A stretch of DNA of 64,000 nt from Patescibacteria group bacterium (GCA_052034495.1 JBPOIL010000005.1:24710-88709), one strand, 5' to 3'. Counted from the first letter of the stretch, positions 1-7,230 are shown. The notes: generated by a model from the sequence alone, not told the origin. Made by a program: numbers and translations.

Positions 1-147
1 TCGTTAGTGCGATGTATATTCGAACCCATCGTTTGGCCATCTTTGCGCGGTAGAGTGTGGATGTACGGCCCATCTATTCAACTTCCTCTCATGCTAGCAA
101 CTAGGTAACTGAACAGTAAGAATTATGCCTATTTATATTATATAAAC

Positions 148-198
148 AAGAAGACCCCTTTCGGAGTCTTCGTTGATAATACTTATGCTTGGTGAACC
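148..198. repeat. Imperfect direct repeat, copy A (att-like scar)
   Basis: ATAATACTTATGCTTGGTGAACC (176-198) is identical to 1660-1682. CCTTTCGGAG (157-166) matches 1641-1650 at the same 1484-bp offset. Confidence 0.85.
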
Positions 199-371
199 AT
201 GCGATATCGAATTGGAACACCTTGCTGAGTGAGATGGTGGTGTGGTATCACCTAAACCCACAACCGCAGTTGTGAACTTGGGGGATGGCAGGAGCTCGGA
301 AGCTCCTGCCTGCCAGAGTGTCGTTCTAGCAACGCTGCGCAGTATTGCTATGCGCGCAGGACATGGTTGGG

Positions 372-803
372 TCAGGCGTCGGCGGGTGCCGGCTCCTTGT
401 TGGTGAACTCGTCGCGCAACCGCTGCTGCTCGCCCTCCAGGAAGGTCCGGAGCTCGACCGTCAGCTCGTAGCTGTGCTCGCGAGCGGCCTCGGCCGCGGC
501 GTATTCCTCATCCACGTACGCCAGGTAGGCAACGTCGTCCTCATCCGGCACCCAGTCGGGGTGCTCGTCCTGCCACTTGAGCTGCTTCTCGCGAAGGGCC
601 CGCATGGTGTCGCACTCGACGGCACGCGAGAGCTCGATGGCTGCTTCACGGGTCATGCTCTCAGCCCTGACTCGGGACATCTCAGCCTCGAACCGGAGCA
701 TCTCCGGGGAGAGGCAGTCGAGCGGGAGCTCGGCCGTACCTCCGACCGTGATGAGCACACCGGGCAGCCCTCCGCCGAGCAACATTCCCAAAACTCGGTC
801 CAT
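372..803 (-). CDS. Hypothetical protein, 143 aa, high-GC codon usage
   Basis: ORF with strong G/C third-position bias. ATG 803 follows a structured leader and the promoter at 901-929. Confidence 0.7.
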   Translation of the reverse strand: MDRVLGMLLGGGLPGVLITVGGTAELPLDCLSPEMLRFEAEMSRVRAESMTREAAIELSRAVECDTMRALREKQLKWQDEHPDWVPDEDDVAYLAYVDEEYAAAEAAREHSYELTVELRTFLEGEQQRLRDEFTNKEPAPADA

Positions 804-900
804 TTGACCAGTACCTATCTTTCTCCCCGTCCGGGGAGACAACCTAAGGTAAGGACGCGGCCTTGCTTAGACTATCTTCCCGAGAGGAGAAAGGAACATC

Positions 901-929
901 ATAATAGCATACTTAAGCACAATAGTCAA
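901..929 (-). promoter_or_regulatory. Sigma70 promoter TTGACT-17-TATTAT (extended -10)
   Basis: Minus strand reads ttgact attgtgcttaagtatgc tattat. Confidence 0.7.
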
Positions 930-932
930 TAA

Positions 933-1616
933 CTAAGGCTTCTTTAGGAGTATTATTGGGCGCGCATATGGCCAGGAAGGCGAGCCACTTGCTGGAGTGT
1001 ATCGAGGCCTGAAAAGTAACACTTGAGCTGACTGTAGCTCTTCTGGTGTGGCCACAACACTCCAGTCATTGAGCCCATTTATATCTAGGCTGGAGTCAAT
1101 CTCATAAAGCTTCGTCCTGGCGTATACACCTATGCCGCCTGCGACTCCAGCATAGTCGATAGGATTATTAGATATTCTACCGTCACGTACAAGCGAATCG
1201 ACTGGCGCTAGAAAATACTCAGTCGCATTGGGCCTATCTAGCAACCTTTGCTCTGAACGGATAAGTGCCTCTTGGTTTTTAATCAAATCGTCCGCTTCAG
1301 GCCAACCAGCCTTTCTGATTTCTTCAATCATGTCTCGGTGGTCGGCTATACTTTGTTCTATGTCTGCCCGCCATTGCGGGTCAGTGCCAGTAAACGGCTT
1401 CTCGCCGTCGCCATGATAGCCGCTTACTACGACATCTTCAGGGTCTATACCCGCCTGTTCAAGGGTGCCGATAAGGCTCTCATATAGCTGTTGTGCATAC
1501 TCTGGGTGAACTGGCTTTCCTTTATCAAATTGGCCTGGTTCGCTCGTCTTGGCTACTGAAGAAACTTCCGTGATGTCTTCTGTTCGTAGTCCAGGTTTGG
1601 GTATCGGCTCGCTCAT
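933..1616 (-). CDS. Hypothetical acidic protein, 227 aa
   Basis: Long ORF with a leaderless-type TGCTAACAT just upstream of ATG; no family recognised. Confidence 0.7.
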   Translation of the reverse strand: MSEPIPKPGLRTEDITEVSSVAKTSEPGQFDKGKPVHPEYAQQLYESLIGTLEQAGIDPEDVVVSGYHGDGEKPFTGTDPQWRADIEQSIADHRDMIEEIRKAGWPEADDLIKNQEALIRSEQRLLDRPNATEYFLAPVDSLVRDGRISNNPIDYAGVAGGIGVYARTKLYEIDSSLDINGLNDWSVVATPEELQSAQVLLFRPRYTPASGSPSWPYARPIILLKKP

Positions 1617-1631
1617 AGAATAATGTTAGCA

Positions 1632-1700
1632 CAAAAGAGTCCTTTCGGAGCCCTCCTTAATAATACTTATGCTTGGTGAACCTAACGAGATTCAAACACC
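1632..1700. repeat. Direct repeat copy B with tRNA-3'-end-like fragment
   Basis: Minus strand reads GTTTGAATCTCGTTAGGTTCACCA (T-loop-like plus CCA) followed by a hairpin; 23 bp identical to copy A. Confidence 0.75.
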
Positions 1701-1714
1701 CTACGTAGCCGAAG

Positions 1715-3499
1715 CTACTTAACGATCTCGAACTGTTTAAGCTTAGCCTTCGTGGCCTTCGTAACTATGCCCGACTGTAGGCTGAGTAACTCGGCATAAA
1801 TTCCATTACCCTTGGCGAGTTTTGCCGGTGGACCCATCTCGATAATCTTGCCGTCTTGAATACCGATTACCACATCCACGCTCGCGATGGTACTTAGGCG
1901 GTGAGCGATAATCATCGTAGTGCGGCCCTTCATGAGGCGTTCAAGCGCCGTCTGCACTTCCCGCTCCGCCTTGCTATCAAGAGAGCTGGTAGCCTCGTCG
2001 AGGATTAAGATCGGCGCATCCTTAAGGATAGCCCGCGCTATGGCAATGCGCTGCTTCTGTCCGCCCGAGAGCTTTACGCCTCGTTCACCTATCTGGGTAT
2101 CAAAGCCTTTGTCTAACTTCTGAATAAAGCCAAGTGCGTTGGCTGCCTTCGCTGCAGCCTCCAACTTCTGCCTTGACACTTTACCGCTACCATAGGCAAT
2201 ATTCTCCCCGACTGTGCCCGAAAATAGTGCCGGCTCCTGGAATACCACGCCGATGTTCTTACGCAAGCTCGATTGTGTTACTTCTGTGATGTCTTTACCG
2301 TCAATCATTACCCTACCGCTCTCAAGCTCATAGAAGCGCAACATAAGGTTGGCAATAGTACTCTTGCCTTCACCGCTCTGGCCGACAAGCGCAATCTTTT
2401 GGCCTGGCCCAATGTCGAAGCTAATGCCATTAAGCACCTGTTTGCCGCCAGTGTAACCAAACGATATTGCCTGGTAGGTGATCTCGCCCTTGCGTACTTT
2501 GAGCGGCTTAGCCCCAGCTTTATCGCTAATACTTGGCGTCAGCCCCATAACCTCAAAGTAATCCTTACTCCCGGCCTTGGCTTGCTGCAGGGCATCAACT
2601 ATAAATGATGAGCCGAAGAGTGGCATCTGGGCCTGTGAAACTAGCTGAAGAAGTAAGGTAAACTCACCAAGCGTAATCTGGCCCTTGAATGCCTGCCAGG
2701 TAATATAGCCGTAGATCAATGCAAAAACTATATTCAGCACAAAACGCCGGGCTACATCATACTTGTGCCAAACTATCGACTGCGTCTTAGTCTGCCCTTC
2801 GATAGATTTGCGCTTACCACGATAAAAAGCAGACTCTAGCGCATCGGTCACAAAGGATTTAACCACACGGATCTGCCCAACTGATTCGACGAATCGCCCA
2901 TTAGCAACGTCTAGGTCTTGGTTGATCCCCATCTGAACCTTTTGCCAATGCCTACTTGAAAGCTGTGTTATGTATATGTAGGCAGGGAAGATTATGGCCA
3001 AAAGAACTGCCACAGGCCATGAATAGTAGCTTATTAACCCTAGTGTAATAATGGTGGTCAAGAAGAACTGGGCAAAGTTATTCGCCATGGTCTTCATGAG
3101 CTCACTGATTGTCCCAATTGTTCGCTCAAGCCGAGCAGTGATCTTGCCGGTAATCTCGTTATCATAATACTCAATAGGGAGCGACATCAGGTGGTCATAG
3201 TAGCGTTGGCTCAGGAGAGTGTTGAGCTTAACAGACATCATGTCCCCCAGATAGCCATTAATGTTTGAAATCAACGTTCCTGCCACGTCGCTGAGTAAAA
3301 TAAGGCAGATAATTACAATGAAGTAGCCGATTTCATAGCTGCCACCGGCACTGTTGGCCACCAAGCCATCGACGATCATCTTGACCAAGAATGGTGAGGC
3401 AAGGCCCAGGAGCGCCACGACAACTACCATCAAGGCAATTGCTAGGTAATAACGCCATAATTTCCATGAGTAACGAATAATTTTAAAGATGTCTCGCAT
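1715..3499 (-). CDS. ABC exporter, fused TMD-NBD (MsbA/MdlB type)
   Basis: N-terminal TM helices; Walker A GQSGEGKST; LSGGQKQR; ILILDEATS. Confidence 0.95.
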   Translation of the reverse strand: MRDIFKIIRYSWKLWRYYLAIALMVVVVALLGLASPFLVKMIVDGLVANSAGGSYEIGYFIVIICLILLSDVAGTLISNINGYLGDMMSVKLNTLLSQRYYDHLMSLPIEYYDNEITGKITARLERTIGTISELMKTMANNFAQFFLTTIITLGLISYYSWPVAVLLAIIFPAYIYITQLSSRHWQKVQMGINQDLDVANGRFVESVGQIRVVKSFVTDALESAFYRGKRKSIEGQTKTQSIVWHKYDVARRFVLNIVFALIYGYITWQAFKGQITLGEFTLLLQLVSQAQMPLFGSSFIVDALQQAKAGSKDYFEVMGLTPSISDKAGAKPLKVRKGEITYQAISFGYTGGKQVLNGISFDIGPGQKIALVGQSGEGKSTIANLMLRFYELESGRVMIDGKDITEVTQSSLRKNIGVVFQEPALFSGTVGENIAYGSGKVSRQKLEAAAKAANALGFIQKLDKGFDTQIGERGVKLSGGQKQRIAIARAILKDAPILILDEATSSLDSKAEREVQTALERLMKGRTTMIIAHRLSTIASVDVVIGIQDGKIIEMGPPAKLAKGNGIYAELLSLQSGIVTKATKAKLKQFEIVK

Positions 3500-3537
3500 T
3501 CACTTAGTATATCAGTCAGGTAGGCTCAAAAAAAGCG

Positions 3538-3565
3538 TTGACACAAAGCGCAAGCGGAGTAGAAT
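3538..3565 (+). promoter_or_regulatory. Sigma70 promoter TTGACA-16-TAGAAT
   Basis: Near-consensus hexamers directly upstream of the structured GC-rich region. Confidence 0.7.
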
Positions 3566-3571
3566 AAAAGC

Positions 3572-3947
3572 AATTCGGCGTGGCAAGTTCAGCTTCACGA
3601 TCTTCTCCACAAAAGCCCGAGGGGGCCGGTCTCGTACCGAAACTACCCAATCGGACTCAAGAAGTCGGTGACAACTGCTCAAACCACCCCGAACCATGTG
3701 CCGGCGCTCGTCCGGCCGCACCGTACAGGGGGCGCTGTCGGCCCGGAGAATAGACCCCACCCATCCATGGCGCCTTACCAGCGTTGATGGGCCAAAGGCC
3801 GCGTCTCTTCTCCGGGTCCTCAGCCCAAGATCTAAATTCTGGCTCCGACTGCAGGGGAAGTCGGATCTTGGCGGGTCCCTGGGAGCACTGCACCCGCTCC
3901 CAGGGACCGCGCTCGCCACTTTCACCTTGAAGGTGGCATATTTTTTT
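3572..3947 (+). ncRNA. Putative structured non-coding RNA of about 375 nt, family unknown
   Basis: Own promoter and terminator. Helices: 3574-83/3684-93, 3596-3606/3660-71, 3741-55/3803-17, 3825-31/3865-71, and a perfect 13-bp stem 3874-86/3896-3908. Overlapping ORFs look spurious. Confidence 0.65.
3915..3947 (+). terminator. Intrinsic terminator
   Basis: gccactttc-acctt-gaaggtggc followed by atattttttt. Confidence 0.7.
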
Positions 3948-3977
3948 ACTAAAAATTAGCTATTATTTTGGTGCCAG

Positions 3978-4023
3978 AAAGTGCTTTAAAGTGCTTGACA
4001 AAGTGCTTACGGTATGCTAATAT
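3978..4023 (+). promoter_or_regulatory. Promoter TTGACA-17-TAATAT overlapped by three AAAGTGCTT repeats
   Basis: Repeats at 3978, 3988 and 4000; -35 at 3995-4000; extended -10 at 4015-4023. Confidence 0.7.
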
Positions 4024-4183
4024 AGCTCCGTTCACTTGATTTTAGATGCGCTTCGACCTGTTAGGAATTACCTTAATACGGTCGTTTTTGTTTCTAAGCC
4101 AAGTGCGCGACCGCTCGGAATCCGAGCAGAGCATTAACTAGGAAAAGGACGTAGTTTAGGAGGGTATCTACACGTAGATACAC

Positions 4184-4765
4184 ATGTATAAACACATCCA
4201 ATCGCTTATAGTCGCCGTATTATTTGCAACCCAGGTGGCCAACCCGCTACAAATTCCCGCCACCGCTACAGCCGAAGCTGCCGCCAAGGCCGTAAGTAGC
4301 CCAAAAGTAACTTACAATCTAAATATCAACACAAACTCACCTCAGGCAGTAGAGCTTGTTGCCCTGAAGCCTGACTTCGATCAAGAGGTCATGGCCCCTA
4401 TCAAGGCTGCTCAAGCTGCTAAGGCAGAGGCCGAAGCAAAGGCTGCCGCTGCTGCAAAGGCGGTGCAGATCACCGTTGCAAGTGCCCAGATAGACAACCA
4501 GTCGAACCGAAAAATCGGTGTAGCTACTGGTGACGTTTGGGAGCAAATGCGCCTGTGTGAAGCCGGTGGTGACTATACCCGAAACTCGGGTAACGGTTAC
4601 TACGGTGCCTACCAGTACAACCTAGGTACTTGGGCCAACTACGGTGGCTATGCGTATCCACACCTAGCCCCTCCTGAAGTTCAGGACGCTAAGGCGCGTG
4701 AAACCCAAGCCGCTCGTGGCTGGAGCCCATGGCCTGCCTGCGCTCGTAAGCTTGGCTTACTCTAA
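4184..4765 (+). CDS. Secreted resuscitation-promoting-factor (Rpf)-like transglycosylase
   Basis: Signal peptide, Ala-rich linker, Rpf domain WEQMRLCEAGG..NSGNGYYGAYQY..W..A....Q...A......GWSPWPAC. Confidence 0.9.
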   Translation: MYKHIQSLIVAVLFATQVANPLQIPATATAEAAAKAVSSPKVTYNLNINTNSPQAVELVALKPDFDQEVMAPIKAAQAAKAEAEAKAAAAAKAVQITVASAQIDNQSNRKIGVATGDVWEQMRLCEAGGDYTRNSGNGYYGAYQYNLGTWANYGGYAYPHLAPPEVQDAKARETQAARGWSPWPACARKLGLL

Positions 4766-4778
4766 GCTGACCTGCACG

Positions 4779-4817
4779 CAAATACCCCCTTGGAATTTCC
4801 TCGGGGGTATTTGTTTT
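4779..4817. terminator. Bidirectional intrinsic terminator
   Basis: caaataccccc...gggggtatttg between convergent genes. Confidence 0.75.
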
Positions 4818-4831
4818 GGCCTATTTCCTAG

Positions 4832-4969
4832 CTAGTCGCAAGAAACGCAGACGTTGAAACTTTCAGCATCTGCAGCCTGTACGCCCGCTAAAAAGTCATC
4901 TTGATCTTGCTCGACCGTCTCAACCTTTACGGCTTCCTGCTGATCTACGGCATTTGTTAGTTCGCTCAC
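4832..4969 (-). CDS. 45-aa acidic peptide with C-terminal CxxC (RNR-tail-like)
   Basis: AGGAGG RBS, GTG start, own promoter; ends SFNVCVSCD*. Confidence 0.7.
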   Translation of the reverse strand: MSELTNAVDQQEAVKVETVEQDQDDFLAGVQAADAESFNVCVSCD

Positions 4970-5008
4970 CCTCCACGTCCTCCTTTTGTTTATAGTGCTT
5001 ATGATACT

Positions 5009-5037
5009 AATCATACCACCATGGGTAGTGTATGCAA
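5009..5037 (-). promoter_or_regulatory. Promoter TTGCAT-16-TATGAT with NrdR-box-like spacer
   Basis: Spacer 5016-5031 reads ACACTACCCATGGTGG versus the NrdR consensus acaCwAtATaTwGtgt. Confidence 0.55.
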
Positions 5038-5051
5038 GTGTTTTTTGGCGG

Positions 5052-5489
5052 CTATGCTTGTTTTAATTGACGAGCTTTCATGAAGAAGAATATCGCCATA
5101 GCACCACAAGCAAAGCTCACTATAATTAAAGCTTTGCCTAGATTATTCAGCAGTACAAGCGTGTCAAAAGAAAGGTTCGGCACGACACCCCTGCTATACA
5201 TCAGGATGCCCGCAATCACTACAAGATCCATAACGGTCCACAATATCTGGCTCACCACAATTGGCTTGAGTTTATGAAAAAGCCCATATGACAATGAAAC
5301 CACTCCAAGCATCAGGTACATCACCCAAGATAGCAAGGATACTCCCTGGGCACTTTGCTTGGTAAAGATTTCGACCACTTGCGGTGAAGCACTCACCGGC
5401 CCCACGATCGAGACCATGCCCATCATCTTATCAATTACGCGACCCTCCATAGCACGAAGGCTTGCTTGTGACTTTTTCTTTTTGACCAT
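5052..5489 (-). CDS. PQ-loop / SemiSWEET-like transporter
   Basis: PQVVEIFTKQSAQGVSLLSW motif, three TM helices plus an extra C-terminal helix; leaderless start at 5489. Confidence 0.8.
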   Translation of the reverse strand: MVKKKKSQASLRAMEGRVIDKMMGMVSIVGPVSASPQVVEIFTKQSAQGVSLLSWVMYLMLGVVSLSYGLFHKLKPIVVSQILWTVMDLVVIAGILMYSRGVVPNLSFDTLVLLNNLGKALIIVSFACGAMAIFFFMKARQLKQA

Positions 5490-5517
5490 AAGAGTATTAT
5501 AATCAAGACACAAGCCT

Positions 5518-5751
5518 ATGTCTAAAAAGAAAACCAAGCACGACTACAAAACGATCGCCTATATCTGCCTAATTACGCAGGCGGCGCTTGTTGTAGTGGC
5601 GCTCTTTATTACGCTAGTATTCTTAGCGCCGAATGACTTTAAAGAGACCTACACAGACTACAAGGACTGCATTAATAGCCTCACCCAAGCAAATCCGTCA
5701 GCAAGCTCTGAACTCCAGGCTCAGCAATGCCCCAAGCCAGTTCTTAAATAA
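5518..5751 (+). CDS. Small single-TM protein with two Cys
   Basis: Basic N-terminus, TM helix, short external tail. Confidence 0.6.
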   Translation: MSKKKTKHDYKTIAYICLITQAALVVVALFITLVFLAPNDFKETYTDYKDCINSLTQANPSASSELQAQQCPKPVLK

Positions 5752-7215
5752 CTATTTATTATGCAGGTGGGCCCGCACTTTATTGCGCGCCTTGTCGGTC
5801 CTTAAGAAGCTCACCCACTCCAGGCTTGGGTGAGCTCTTTTTTGAGTTACGACCTCTACGATATCACCGTTGTGGAGAACCTTGTCGAAGGTGGCAATTC
5901 TGTGGTTTACGCGTATAGTATGGGCCTGCAAGCCAATGTCTGAGTGAACAGCAAAGGCAAAATCAAGCGCGGTAGCGCCTTCTGGCAGGTCATAAATGTC
6001 CCCCTTTGGTGAGTAGGTGAATATCCTATCCGCAAATAAATCAACCTTGAGCCGCTCATAAGCCGAGCTGCCGCCCTCGAGTGAGCTAATAGCCTCTTGG
6101 AGGGTTATTACCCATTGCATGTTGCGTGGCACGCGCGCTGCCTCGCCGCGGGCATAGTTTTTGGCCAACTTCTGCTCGTTATAATGGAAGCTTGCGGCCA
6201 AGCCGCGCTCGGCATGAATGTGCATCTCCTCGGTTCGAATCTGGAATTCAACCACCTGTCCCTCGGGCGTCAGCACCGTTGTATGAAGCGACTGGTAGCC
6301 ATTCGGCTTTGGCACGGAAATATAGTCCTTAATTCGAGTTGGAAGCGGTTGATATAGACTATGAAGCAAGCCGAGTGCGCGATAACAACCCTCGACGTCA
6401 TCCACCAATACACGCAGGGCAATCAGGTCATATATGTCCTCGAAGTTGCCTTCAACTTTTTTAAGCTTCTTATGCAACGAATACACGCTCTTAATCCGAC
6501 CTTCGAGCCGAGCGTGCAGACCGGCTTGCCTAAATACCTTCTCCACGTTCATTCGTACATTCTCCAGGTTCTTATGGGCCTGACGCACCCGCTTCTTTAT
6601 GACCGTCTGAAGGTCCTTATACGCAGCGGGTTCCAAATACGAGAACGCGAGCTCTTCGATCTGCACCCTGAGCCTGCCCATCCCCATCCTGTCGGCAAGT
6701 GGAGCAAATACATCGAGTGATTCACGCGCTATCTTGCGCTGCTTTTCCTCGCTCAAGTAACGAAGTGTTTGTAGATTGTGTAGGCGATCGGCCAGCTTAA
6801 TGATAACCACCCTCAAATCTTGGCCCACAGCGATGAGCAGTTTGCTCAGATTCTCGCGCGTTTCAGGGCGATATTGCTCCATGCTACGCATGCCGCTCCG
6901 CACCTTACCAACCTTTGTGACTCCGTCGACCAAAAAGGCGACATCCTCACCAAACCTGGATTCAATGTCCTCCAGGGTAGCCTTGGTGTCTTCGACTGTG
7001 TCGTGCAGAACACCTGCAATCACAGAATCGATATCAAGCTTCCAGTCGATCAATAATGATGCGACGTGCAGCGGATGGGTAATGTATGGCTCGCCGCTTT
7101 TGCGCTTTTGGCTCGCGTGGGCATCCGTAGCAAGTTCCACAGCGGCTTTGAGGCGCGTGATTTGCTCTGGGGCATAATGCTGCTCTGCTTGAGCAATGAG
7201 GGTTAGGGCTTTCAT
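5752..7215 (-). CDS. rel: RelA/SpoT (p)ppGpp synthetase/hydrolase (HD-SYNTH-TGS, no ACT domain)
   Basis: RKSGEPYITHP, LHDTVED, KLADRLHN, KPNGYQSLHT, TGS domain. Confidence 0.95.
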   Translation of the reverse strand: MKALTLIAQAEQHYAPEQITRLKAAVELATDAHASQKRKSGEPYITHPLHVASLLIDWKLDIDSVIAGVLHDTVEDTKATLEDIESRFGEDVAFLVDGVTKVGKVRSGMRSMEQYRPETRENLSKLLIAVGQDLRVVIIKLADRLHNLQTLRYLSEEKQRKIARESLDVFAPLADRMGMGRLRVQIEELAFSYLEPAAYKDLQTVIKKRVRQAHKNLENVRMNVEKVFRQAGLHARLEGRIKSVYSLHKKLKKVEGNFEDIYDLIALRVLVDDVEGCYRALGLLHSLYQPLPTRIKDYISVPKPNGYQSLHTTVLTPEGQVVEFQIRTEEMHIHAERGLAASFHYNEQKLAKNYARGEAARVPRNMQWVITLQEAISSLEGGSSAYERLKVDLFADRIFTYSPKGDIYDLPEGATALDFAFAVHSDIGLQAHTIRVNHRIATFDKVLHNGDIVEVVTQKRAHPSLEWVSFLRTDKARNKVRAHLHNK

Positions 7216-7230
7216 ATTTAGTAGTATAGC

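Noticed and set aside
1-73. Possible 5' part of a minus-strand gene (MGRTSTLYRAK...) and a TTCGAACCC tRNA-like word
   Set aside because: Truncated by the window edge; no cloverleaf; cannot be supported.
345-932. 195-aa plus-strand ORF
   Set aside because: Antisense shadow of the high-GC gene 372-803, which has the promoter and the codon bias.
1660-1714. Intact tRNA genes at the CCA-ending scars (also 33900-33926)
   Set aside because: Only about 27-41 nt lie between the upstream stop codon and the CCA; no D or anticodon arm.
3572-3947. RNase P RNA or tmRNA identity for the structured RNA
   Set aside because: GGGGAAGTCGG and ACAAAAGCCCG only loosely echo RNase P CR-I/CR-V, occur in reversed order and do not form P4; no tRNA-like ends or tag ORF.
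3512-3959. ORFs 3512-3925(-), 3657-3893(-) and 3696-3959(+)
   Set aside because: Arg/Pro/Ser-rich, no RBS, no codon periodicity; better explained by a GC-rich structured RNA.
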